Positions 1 to 9,400 of a stretch of 32,000 nt of DNA are shown here, piece after piece. Below the pieces are notes generated by a model. That model was not told where the DNA came from. It worked only from the letters and a program-made list of their open reading frames with translations, and did not search any database. The position numbers were made by a program, and so were the translations under genes. The stretch comes from Promethearchaeota archaeon (GTDB lineage Archaea > Asgardarchaeota > Thorarchaeia > Thorarchaeales > Thorarchaeaceae): NCBI GenBank assembly GCA_027031765.1, contig JALVPN010000040.1:83265-115264 (forward strand), read 5' to 3'. Positions within the stretch are counted from its first letter, which is position 1. Each line of letters opens with the position of its first letter.

Positions 1-2
1 AA

Positions 3-1046
3 CACAGTGTACGGACACTTCAGGGGCTCGGCTTGCAGCCTGACATAATCGTATGCCGCGCGGACAAGGAACTTGGCGATGCTGCGCGCGCAAAGATTGC
101 CCTTTTCTGCAATGTGCCAGAGAGCCGGGTCATCTCCAACCCGGACATCCCTGTGACCTACGAGCTCCCGCTCTCCTTTGAGCGGCAGGGACTGGGCAAG
201 ATACTAGTTGAACACTTTCAAATGGAACATCGGAAGCCAGACACGGGATTGTGGGAGCGAGTTGTCAGCACCTTCCAATCATGTACGGGGAGCATTGCCA
301 TAGCAATGCCAGGGAAGTATACTTCGCTGAGCGACTCGTACAAGAGCATCAATGAGGCCTTGCGTCACGCTGGTGCTGCATGCGGTGTCCGGGTCGATGT
401 GAGGTGGATTGACACTGATGATGACCCGGATGTCGCCTCACTCCTAGCCCCCATGGAAGGGATTCATGGGATACTGTTGACACCAGGTTTTGGGGCACGC
501 GGTGTCGAGGGAATGATAAACGCCGCGACAATATCCCTCGACCACGGCATCCCGTTTCTAGGCATCTGCTACGGGGCACAGCTCGGCACCGTCGCTTTCG
601 CCCGCAAGATGATGGGCTGGAAAGATGCCCACACCACAGAGGTGAACCCTCACACCTCACACCCAGTTGTAGACCTGTTGGAAGAACAACGACGGACTCA
701 GGATAAGGGGGGGACCATGCGTCTTGGGGGGCAGGAGATACGCATAGTCGAGGGGACACGCCTCCACGAGCTGTACGGGGAGAAGTGCACTCGTGAACGC
801 TTTCGTCACAGGTACCATCTAATCAATGACTATGTCGACAAGATGCGGGAGAAAGGCATGGTAGTATCTGCATACGATAGCACGGGTCGAATGGTAAACG
901 CCGTGGAGGTCACAGACCACCCCTTCTGGATAGGTGTCCAGTATCATCCAGAATTCCGCTCGCGTCCTGGTCACCCACACCCATTGTACTTGGGATTCGT
1001 AAAGGCTGCAATTCAACACCAGAAGAGGGGAGGAGGGGCAAGCTGA
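3..1046 (+). CDS. pyrG: CTP synthase, C-terminal part (gene starts before the window)
   Basis: Frame open from base 3 (HSVRTLQGLGLQPDIIVCR). Glutaminase motifs PGFGARG, GICYG (catalytic Cys), ERFRHRY, QYHPEF (His/Glu). Confidence 0.97.
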   Translation, partial: HSVRTLQGLGLQPDIIVCRADKELGDAARAKIALFCNVPESRVISNPDIPVTYELPLSFERQGLGKILVEHFQMEHRKPDTGLWERVVSTFQSCTGSIAIAMPGKYTSLSDSYKSINEALRHAGAACGVRVDVRWIDTDDDPDVASLLAPMEGIHGILLTPGFGARGVEGMINAATISLDHGIPFLGICYGAQLGTVAFARKMMGWKDAHTTEVNPHTSHPVVDLLEEQRRTQDKGGTMRLGGQEIRIVEGTRLHELYGEKCTRERFRHRYHLINDYVDKMREKGMVVSAYDSTGRMVNAVEVTDHPFWIGVQYHPEFRSRPGHPHPLYLGFVKAAIQHQKRGGGAS

Positions 1047-1072
1047 CAATCTGGGGGCCGGTTTTGTGAGCC

Positions 1073-1080
1073 TTTATTAT
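1073..1080 (+). promoter_or_regulatory. TATA-box candidate for a leaderless nurA-herA transcript
   Basis: TTTATTAT about 32-39 nt upstream of the ATG at 1112; no SD motif before that ATG. Confidence 0.55.
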
Positions 1081-1111
1081 GCATTTGACGCTACAGTGGC
1101 GTGTGGACTAG

Positions 1112-2263
1112 ATGCATTCATGGGAACACGACTTGCTCAAACTGGTACGCGAGATAGAGCGGGTAGAAACTACAAAACGCAAGTTCGGTGACGCAATGAG
1201 AACAATCAAGGACTCGATTGATTTCTCACGTTTCCGTGCCATAGCGGAGACTACGCTGGAACCGACACTTATTGCCCGAGTAAGTGAAACCTCTCTCTCG
1301 GGGCTACGTATTGCGGGCATAGATGGTGGACTGGTGCGGAAACAATTCCAGTCAATGAACCTGTTGCTCACACGTGGTGTTGCAGTAGTGTTCAGCTTTG
1401 GGCCTGAAGAGGGGCCACATGTGGAGTTCTATCCCGAACCGTTCCCGGAACCGAGAGTTACCCCTGTCCTCCCGATTCTGTCACCTACCGAGCTTGATCA
1501 GATGGCTTCGCTTGAACGTGTTTCCACAGAGCTCCGTGTCGCGTTAGGAGTGCTTGAACGCTTCCGTTCAAACTTGATATTGCTTGACGGGAGCCTATTC
1601 TATCATCCCCGCGACAGGCCCCAGAGAGGGTCACCAGTCTTTGAGAAGTTCCAAGAGGTGCTGGCACTATATCGGCGCATGTATGGACTTGCAATGGAAC
1701 GGAATACAACGCTGGTGGGAGTGGTCAAGGATGGACGTTCGACCCGTGTGACAAGTGTCTTGGGTGATATCCTCCCCCATATTGTGCGCGACCCCGCCAT
1801 TTTCGAGACCATGCAGGATGTGGACTACAGGTGGTTACTCAAGATGTCACGGGACTGCGATGTCCTTGACACTTTCATGGATGTGGGTGAGCGCACCTTT
1901 GCTTTCAGGTACTCTTCGGAAATCAACTCCAGTGTGAATGCTCCTGATGACCTGCTTGCGTGGGCATCATCCATCATTGTGACCTATCTCAAGGCCGCCC
2001 GCGATGACCTGCCCATACGCATAGAGGTGCTGACCAGTCCTGACGACCCATTGGGTCAGCTTGATAGAGCACTCTCTGCAATACTGCCACTCTCGTCGCA
2101 ACACCCCGAATACGGCGTGCCTGCGCCCATCCTTGAGGCCGATGCCCGTGCACGGATTACCAGCAACGAGAGCCAGCTGATTGTCGACCGTCTGATGGCA
2201 ATGTCAGGGCTCACGTATGTGATGCTTGAGAGGCGGCGGTCACGGAATCCATTCAGTGGATGA
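1112..2263 (+). CDS. nurA: NurA-family 5'-3' nuclease
   Basis: RNase H-like acidic motifs IAGIDGG and LILLDGSL, GVVKDG, C-terminal YGVPAPILEADARARI; directly upstream of a HerA-type ATPase. Confidence 0.88.
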   Translation: MHSWEHDLLKLVREIERVETTKRKFGDAMRTIKDSIDFSRFRAIAETTLEPTLIARVSETSLSGLRIAGIDGGLVRKQFQSMNLLLTRGVAVVFSFGPEEGPHVEFYPEPFPEPRVTPVLPILSPTELDQMASLERVSTELRVALGVLERFRSNLILLDGSLFYHPRDRPQRGSPVFEKFQEVLALYRRMYGLAMERNTTLVGVVKDGRSTRVTSVLGDILPHIVRDPAIFETMQDVDYRWLLKMSRDCDVLDTFMDVGERTFAFRYSSEINSSVNAPDDLLAWASSIIVTYLKAARDDLPIRIEVLTSPDDPLGQLDRALSAILPLSSQHPEYGVPAPILEADARARITSNESQLIVDRLMAMSGLTYVMLERRRSRNPFSG

Positions 2264-3780
2264 TGAACATGAGAATGAACACATTGACGGAACGGTTGGG
2301 AACCGTAATATGCACTGACAGTGGGCCCAGTGTGACACGGTTCTCATTCGTAGTTGAGGCTGAGGAACCTTCGAACACAGTAAAACGCGGTGAGTTTGTA
2401 GGTGTACATCTGGACTCAGCAACTGTGATTGCACGGATCCAGGACATCATACGGCTGAACCGCTACTTTGAGCACGCTGAGGCTGTGCGGGAGTATCAGT
2501 CTCGCGGCACTCCGCTCAGGTCGATTTTCCCCACCGACCGTTGGCAGTACACGGTCGCCGAGGCAGGAGTATTGGGCTTCTGGATGAATGACCGACCAGT
2601 CCGACCGTTCTCAGCAGTATCACCTGGTGCCACTGTCCGACGAGTAGATGAGAGGGTTCTTGCAGCATTTCTAAGGCTAGACCCAGAGCGCGGACTCAAC
2701 CTAGGCCGGATTAGCCATCACGACCTCCAATTCACACCGTCCCTAGAGCGTCTACTCTCGAAACACCTTGCAGTCCTAGCGATGAGCGGGGCCGGCAAGT
2801 CGTATTTCATTTCGGTGCTCCTAGAAGAGCTGTTACTGAGACCACGCGAGTATGGACGCATTGCAGTTGTTGTCATCGACGTCCACGGTGAGTACACGTA
2901 TCTACAGGACATCGACGTTGGAGAACAGGGGCGCCCGGGCACTGAGATTGAGGTCGAGCACATCCGGGGCCCACACATCCAAGTGTCAGTGCCCCGCCTC
3001 AGTGCAGACGCAATGGGTGCACTTGTTGCTGGCATGAGCGCAGTCCAGAAGCGTGACCTACGGCGAGTGCTTGCTGACATCCGGAAGGAAACAAAGGAAT
3101 ACACACTCACAGTCCTGATAGAACGAGTACGTGCGGATGAGCAAATCAGTCGGAATACCCGTGACGCCCTAGTCAGCTGGCTCGTAGACCTTGACGAAAC
3201 CCGACTCTTCGGGCTGGAGCCGGTACCTGACCTCCAGAGGGTTGTACGCCCAGGAAAGCTCACCCTGATTGACCTCAGTGACTTCATCAGCCTGAAGAAG
3301 AAGCAGATTGTAGTGGCCCACATAGCGAATGAGCTCCTAACAATGCGTCGTCGACAGCGCATCCCCCCCTTTCTACTCGTGTTGGAGGAGGCACACCAGT
3401 TCTGTCCAGAGAGCCGTCAGGAGTTGGCACTTCCGCGGGCCCGGTTAGAAACAATTGCTCGCGAGGGGCGCAAGTTCTATGCCCTGTTATGTCTGGTTTC
3501 ACAGCGGCCCGTCAAACTCTCTACGACAATCCTAAGCCAGTGCAGCAACCAGGCAATCTTCAGGACAACAAATCCGTACGACCTTGACCACATTGGAAAG
3601 AGCAGTGAGGGTATCGACCGTGCGTCGCTCGATGCAATCACGACGCTTGAGGTGGGTGAGGCATTGTTCGTTGGCGAAGCAGTATCACATCCCACCTTTG
3701 TGAAAATCCGGAGGCGGATGTTTGAGCCTCCAGACTCATCTGAGAACCTCCTTGATGCGCTACGTGATGCTGACAAGTGA
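2260..3780 (+). CDS. herA: HerA-family helicase/ATPase (HAS barrel + FtsK/HerA ATPase)
   Basis: N-terminal HAS-barrel-like region, Walker A AMSGAGKS, IDVHGEY, Walker B LVLEEAHQF, IAREGRKF, VSQRP; ATGA overlap with the nurA stop. Confidence 0.9.
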   Translation: MMNMRMNTLTERLGTVICTDSGPSVTRFSFVVEAEEPSNTVKRGEFVGVHLDSATVIARIQDIIRLNRYFEHAEAVREYQSRGTPLRSIFPTDRWQYTVAEAGVLGFWMNDRPVRPFSAVSPGATVRRVDERVLAAFLRLDPERGLNLGRISHHDLQFTPSLERLLSKHLAVLAMSGAGKSYFISVLLEELLLRPREYGRIAVVVIDVHGEYTYLQDIDVGEQGRPGTEIEVEHIRGPHIQVSVPRLSADAMGALVAGMSAVQKRDLRRVLADIRKETKEYTLTVLIERVRADEQISRNTRDALVSWLVDLDETRLFGLEPVPDLQRVVRPGKLTLIDLSDFISLKKKQIVVAHIANELLTMRRRQRIPPFLLVLEEAHQFCPESRQELALPRARLETIAREGRKFYALLCLVSQRPVKLSTTILSQCSNQAIFRTTNPYDLDHIGKSSEGIDRASLDAITTLEVGEALFVGEAVSHPTFVKIRRRMFEPPDSSENLLDALRDADK

Positions 3781-3813
3781 CAGGCCATGTCAGCAGCGCT
3801 GCCTGTGAGTACT

Positions 3814-3891
3814 TGGCGGGCGCACCAGGATTTGAACCTGGGACGTCTTGGTCCGAAGCCAAGCGCCCTATCCAGACTAGACCATGCGCCC
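3814..3891 (-). tRNA. tRNA-Arg(UCG), intronless, CCA encoded
   Basis: Acceptor GGGCGCA/TGCGCCC, anticodon arm CTTGG-CT-TCG-GA-CCAAG, T-loop TTCAAAT, G73-CCA; TATA-like CTTAAG at 3915-3920. Confidence 0.96.
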
Positions 3892-3965
3892 ATTCGGGAG
3901 GGTGTTACTAGGCTCTTAAGGACTTCTGTCAAGCAACACTAGTTCTAAGCCAAACACCCAGCGCG

Positions 3966-4652
3966 CTACTGCCGCAGCACAAAGACCCCTGAGGCTGTCC
4001 CAACATGTACTTCGTCAGCCATCCCCACGAACAGGCCAGTTTCTACAACTCCGGGAACCATCTTCAATGCCACCTCTACTTCAGCAGGGTTTTCAATCGG
4101 CTCCGGGAATTCCAGATCCAGGATGAAGTTGCCGTTGTCAGTCACCACTGGCCCGACTTTTCTTTCAGCTTGGCGAAGATGAGGCACAACCCCCATGTCT
4201 GCAATTTTCCTCATAACAATGTCGCAGGCGAAAGGAATGACTTCAACTGGGACAAAGAAGTGGGTCGCAAGCCTATCGACAAGTTTGGACTCATCCACAA
4301 TGATGATGAAACGCTTGGCTGCAGAGGCAACAATCTTTTCCTGTAGTAGCGCCCCACCGCCACCCTTTGTAAGGTTCAACTGCTGGTCGACCTCGTCAGC
4401 CCCGTCCACTGCAATGTCTATTGACGGGTTCCGACTTAGGTCTGTGAGGGGGATTCCGTGTTTGATTGCAAGACGGTATGACTGGTATGAGGTTGGTACT
4501 GCAAGGAAATCCAAATCTTCGCGCACTGTGTGCTCTCCCAGTATCCGGATGAACTCGGCAACTGTGGATCCGCTGCCAAGACCAACGACTCCATGTGGAG
4601 GCAGTTCCCGAATGGCACTCTGCGCGGCCCTGAACTTTGGAGTGGTACTCAT
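3966..4652 (-). CDS. rpiA: Ribose-5-phosphate isomerase A
   Basis: VGLGSGSTV, DIAVDGADEVD, KGGGGALLQEKIVA, VVTDNGNFILD, PGVVETGLF. Start placed at ATG 4652, with TTTTGTAA 31-38 nt upstream. Confidence 0.96.
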   Translation of the reverse strand: MSTTPKFRAAQSAIRELPPHGVVGLGSGSTVAEFIRILGEHTVREDLDFLAVPTSYQSYRLAIKHGIPLTDLSRNPSIDIAVDGADEVDQQLNLTKGGGGALLQEKIVASAAKRFIIIVDESKLVDRLATHFFVPVEVIPFACDIVMRKIADMGVVPHLRQAERKVGPVVTDNGNFILDLEFPEPIENPAEVEVALKMVPGVVETGLFVGMADEVHVGTASGVFVLRQ

Positions 4653-4912
4653 GGGGACACCACGGGCGTAAGGCACGGCCAGTTACAAAACCCTTACGGC
4701 AAAGTGCCCCATGCAGCCCCCATGACGGCCCAACGAGGACTGGTGCCGGTGCAGAGCAAGGATACGACCGGTCAGCAGTGGTATGGACATGCGCAGCAAT
4801 CTGGACTGGTGCCGACGTGTCACGGCACGCGAAAACATATTTGACGCCCCAATGCAGCCTCCTCCACCCAGCCCGGTCATGGATGGCATCATGCACCGAG
4901 TGGTGAAAGGCA

Positions 4913-5917
4913 TTGACGAGGTTCCTTGAGGACTGCCGTGCGGGCATCATGGCACAAGTGGAGGGGATTCCGGCCACACTCAAGTCGGTTGATCCGCTCC
5001 AATCAGACGCTCTGACATCAGTCAGGAGGCTGGTCTTTACCGGTTGCGGAGACTCGTTTGCCGTGGCGGACTATGCGAGATGGTTGTTCTTGGCATGTGG
5101 GCTGAACGCCACCTACATCACACCGCCAGCACTACCAGTGTTGCCACTTGATGAGGACTCACTAGTTGTGGGAATTACAGCCTCTGGGCGGAGCTTGGCA
5201 ACCGTTGACGCACTAGACCATGCGAGCCGTGAGGGGGCACAGACTGTAGTGCTTACGGACAACCCCAATGGTCCGGCAGTCAAACATGCAGAAACAGTAT
5301 GGCTCACCCGTTCCAATGCACCAAGTTATGACATCAGCCCTGCATCACCGACCACATGTGCAATGGCATTCCTCCTAGGGCTGGCCGCATTCCTTGACAC
5401 GCCAGTTTCAATGGGCATCAGACACGACCTCCCACTCCTCGTGAAGACCGCCCCGGAAACTGTCCGTCTGGCGCAGAGTGTTGGACTTGAAACTGCCTCA
5501 TGGCTGGATGTCACGCACCCAATCTATCTCATATCAGAGGGGCCGTGTCATGTGGCAGCTCAGATTGGGATGATGAAATTCAACGAGTATTCAGTCACAC
5601 GGGGAGTGGCGGCCGTGCGAGAAGAGTTCCGACATCACTGGGCCCTGTCAGTGGGAGCTGGTGACAACGCACTGCTGATTGTCGGAGAAGAGGCCAATGA
5701 CACGGACATGCGGTACGTCGAGGTTCTACGTACGCATCTCGGAATGCGGGGCACTACTGTTTCCCCGCCCGCATCACTCAATCTCCACTCCCTCTTCTCG
5801 CGGGTAATCCCACTAGTAATCGCGCTCCAGCTAGCAGCGTACCAAACAACATCTAGGTTCGCCCCATCGACAAAGGGGTTCAGAATGCCCCATGCAGGAG
5901 CGTTCAAAATCTACTAG
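4913..5917 (+). CDS. Double SIS-domain sugar-phosphate isomerase/deaminase (GlmS isomerase-domain/FrlB-like, no glutaminase domain)
   Basis: FTGCGDS, GITASGRS, LTDN, GMMKFNE and REEFRHH motifs; TTG start 6 nt after the SD-like GGTGA. Confidence 0.82.
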   Translation: MTRFLEDCRAGIMAQVEGIPATLKSVDPLQSDALTSVRRLVFTGCGDSFAVADYARWLFLACGLNATYITPPALPVLPLDEDSLVVGITASGRSLATVDALDHASREGAQTVVLTDNPNGPAVKHAETVWLTRSNAPSYDISPASPTTCAMAFLLGLAAFLDTPVSMGIRHDLPLLVKTAPETVRLAQSVGLETASWLDVTHPIYLISEGPCHVAAQIGMMKFNEYSVTRGVAAVREEFRHHWALSVGAGDNALLIVGEEANDTDMRYVEVLRTHLGMRGTTVSPPASLNLHSLFSRVIPLVIALQLAAYQTTSRFAPSTKGFRMPHAGAFKIY

Positions 5918-6207
5918 GCTGTCGTATCTGGAACACTTGTTCCATGGAGGACGATGGCAACGAAACGCAACTCTTTTTATGTAATCATACCATACAACAA
6001 GGTGTCCATAGCGACGGTCAGGACAGATGATATGCTAGTTGTCAGGCCACATGGAAATGCTTTTATTCCCACATAGCGCTCCGATGTGTGCTCAGGCAGG
6101 ATTGCTTCCCGACATGCATGGCCGCGTACCATCTGTCAGATATCAGGGAAGTGTACAATCTCAAACATCGGGCCGGGATGTGACCCTGCATGTCGGTGTG
6201 TACGTAG

Positions 6208-6314
6208 GGGCTCGTGGCGCAGCCAGGTAGCGCAGCAGGCTTTTAACCTGATGGCCGCGGGTTCAAAGAAGCGCGAGAGTTCCTCGCGGTTGGGGTATCC
6301 CGCCGAGCCCGCCA
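6208..6314 (+). tRNA. tRNA-Lys(UUU) with a 30-nt T-loop intron (6268-6297, position 59/60), CCA encoded
   Basis: Acceptor GGGCTCG/CGAGCCC, anticodon loop CT-TTT-AA, T-stem GCGGG/CCCGC. Removing 6268-6297 restores the loop TTCAAAT. Intron hairpin CGCGAG/CTCGCG and 3-nt bulges AA^G and TA^T. Confidence 0.92.
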
Positions 6315-6356
6315 TGCCCCTTCACAAGGAAGACGCAATCTGCCGAGTAATACAAC

Positions 6357-6437
6357 GGGGCGACTATTGCGGGATGTGTGTACTCCGTTCTATGGGGTTC
6401 ATGCATCGGGAAGCATCTGAGTCCGCAGTAGTACCCC
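6357..6437 (+). other. Predicted multi-stem RNA element in the rpoB leader
   Basis: GGGG/CCCC plus ACTATTGCGGG/TCCGCAGTAGT outer stem (6357-6373 with 6422-6437) enclosing hairpins CTCCG/TGGGG and ATGC/GCAT. Confidence 0.45.
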
Positions 6438-6461
6438 GTCCTGCCCCCCGGGTGTCAGAAC

Positions 6462-9400
6462 ATGGTCGGCGAGAGGCGTGACAAATACTGGCCGGTAATT
6501 GAGAGCTTCTTCAAGGAGTATGGGCTTGTTGGACAGCACCTAGACTCGTTCAACCGTTTTATCCGAGAGGAGCTCCAGCAGGTCGTAGACAGTGTCAGCG
6601 AGATTAAGCCGAAGATTGAGGGCTACACCGTAGCTCTGGGCAAGATAGAAGTGCACCCCCCGTCAATCCGCGAGGCGGATGGCAGTGAGCACCCACTTTA
6701 CCCCAACGAGGCACGAATCCGTAATCTGACCTACGCCAGTAAACTATTGCTAGAGTGCACTCCAATCCGTCGTGATGGGTCAACGACCACGCGACTTGAA
6801 ACTGTAAGAATCTACATAGGCGACCTGCCAATCATGCTGAGGAGTGAAACATGTCTTCTACACGGCATGACTGAGGAGGAGCTCATCAAACATGGTGAGG
6901 ACCCAAAAGACCCCGGGGGTTACTTCATAATCAACGGTTCGGAACGTGTCCTAGTAACACAGGAAGACCTCGCTCCGAACAGGATTCTGATTGAGGAGGC
7001 GAGTAAGAGTTCAAGCTACACACACATAGCCAAGGTGTTCTCGACTTCTAGGGGGTTCCGTGCACCAGTCACTATCGAACGAAAACGGACTGGTGAGTTG
7101 CGTGTGTCGTTTCCCTCAGTACCAGGGAAAATCCCACTGGCCATCTTGATGAAGGCCCTAGGACTCGAATCGGACAAGGACATTGCAGATGTAATATCAG
7201 ACGACGAGGAAATCCGAAATGAGCTGATAGTCACAATTGAGCAGTCGGCCCCGATAAACGCCCCACGTGACGGCTCTGGAGGGTCGACAGTCGAGAATGC
7301 CCTTGATTTCATAGGGAAGCGTGTGGCTGTTGGACAGACAAGAGAATACCGACTTGCGCGCGCCGAAAAGGTCCTTGACCGATATCTATTGCCACACATT
7401 GGGACTGAGCCAGAGGACCGCCTCCAGAAAGCATACTACCTAGGACAGATGGTCGAGCGCCTCCTCGAACTCGTGCTGGGGAAACGTCAGCCCGATGACA
7501 AGGACCACTATGCGAACAAGCGTCTGAAACTCTCAGGTGACCTGCTTGTTTCCCTCTTCAGAGTAGCGCTGTACTCGTTGACACGAGATATCAAGTATCA
7601 GCTTGAGCGGACGGCCGTCAGGGGACGGAAGCCTAACATCCGGACAGCTGTCCGTGCAGATGTGATTACACAGCGGCTCAAGCACGCACTTGCTACTGGC
7701 AACTGGGTTGGTGGTAAGGCAGGAGTATCACAACTCCTCGACAGAACCAACTACATCTCCTCACTGTCGCATCTCCGCCGCGTCGTATCGCCCTTGTCAA
7801 GGTCGCAACCACATTTCGAGGCGAGAGATCTCCACTCCACCCATTGGGGAAAGGTCTGTCCCAATGAAACCCCGGAGGGGCCAAATTGCGGTCTTGTGAA
7901 GAACATCGCCATGATGGCATACATCTCGGTTGGCACAAATGAGGACGCCGTCGAACAGGCACTCATGCAGGCCGATGTCGAGGCCATCGAGGCCCGGCAG
8001 GGCCGGCGTGGTGCCAAGTGGGCTGATGTGTTCCTCAATGGTCGGCTTGTAGGCGTACATGCGGCGCCCAAGCTGCTTGTCAGGGCAATCCGTCAGAGGC
8101 GTCGTGCCGGCGAGATTGACCAGGAGGTAAACATAGCATACTATGAGGACACCAATGAGGTCCAGGTGAACTGCGATGCTGGACGCGTCCGGCGCCCCCT
8201 CATCATAGTGGAAAATGGACAGAGCCGGCTGACCGATGAACACCTGAGGATGATTGAGGAAGGCGAATGGACATTCAACGACCTGCTGCGCAACGGGATT
8301 ATGGAATTCCTAGATGCAGAGGAGGAGGAGAACACACTGATTGCAATGTATCCGGAGGACATACGTCCCAACACGACCCACCTAGAAATCGTACCCTCCA
8401 CCATACTTGGCATCTCCGCAGCTCTCATCCCCTTCCCAGAGCATAACCAGTCGCCCCGGAACGTCTACATGGCAGGAATGGCCAAGCAGTCTGTCGGGGT
8501 GCCCGCTTCCAATTTCAAGTTCAGGGCAGATACACGTTCCCACTTTTTCCACTACCCGCAAGTCCCACTGGTCAAGACGCGGGCTATGGACTCCATAGGA
8601 TACGAGGAACGACCCGCCGGGCAGAACTTTATTGTTGCAATCCTATCATTCGAAGGGTACAACATTGAAGATGCTCTGATTCTGAACAAGGCCTCAATTG
8701 ACCGGGGTCTGGGACGCAGTACATTCTGCCGGGTGTACGAGAGTGAGGAGCGCAAATATCCGGGAGGTCAAGAGGATCGGTTCGAGATACCTGACCGTAG
8801 TGTCCGGGGCTATCGTGCATCAGAGTCATACCGCAACCTCGGGGAGGACGGCATTATTGAAACGGAGGTCGAAGTGCAAGGAGGCGATGTCCTGATAGGG
8901 CGGACTTCACCCCCACGTTTCCTAGAAGAGTACTCCGAGTTTGAAATCACGTCACCAAACCGCCGAGAAACATCAGTGGCAGTACGTCACGGAGAGTCCG
9001 GTGTTGTGGACAGTGTAATCCTAACGGAAACAATTGATGGCAACCGCCTTGTAAAAGTCAAGGTGCGAGACCTCCGCATCCCAGAACTCGGGGACAAGTA
9101 TGCATCACGGCACGGACAGAAAGGGGTAATCGGATACCTCGCACCACAGGAGGATCTCCCCTTCACCGAGGACGGTGTCGTACCAGACCTTGTACTGAAC
9201 CCACATGCTATACCAAGCCGGATGACAATCGGTCAAATCCTTGAGATGATAGCCGGAAAGGCAGCTGCAATGGAGGGCAAACAACAGGATGCAACTCCCT
9301 TCTGTGGTGTGACGGAAGAGGAGCTGTTTGGTCTCCTCAAGAAGCACGGCTTTCAGCACACTGGTCGCGAAACTATGTATTCGGGCGTTACAGGTGAGAA

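Noticed and set aside
1047-3830. nurA-herA as an element integrated at tRNA-Arg
   Set aside because: No duplicated tRNA 3' end (only TGGCG near 1098), no integrase.
5954-6076. 40-codon ORF MATKRNSFYVIIP... after GGAGG
   Set aside because: SD spacing only 3 nt, no motif, no other support.
6039-6481. ORFs 6039-6230 and 6086-6481 as rpoH or other genes
   Set aside because: No RpoH motifs; they overlap the tRNA-Lys gene.
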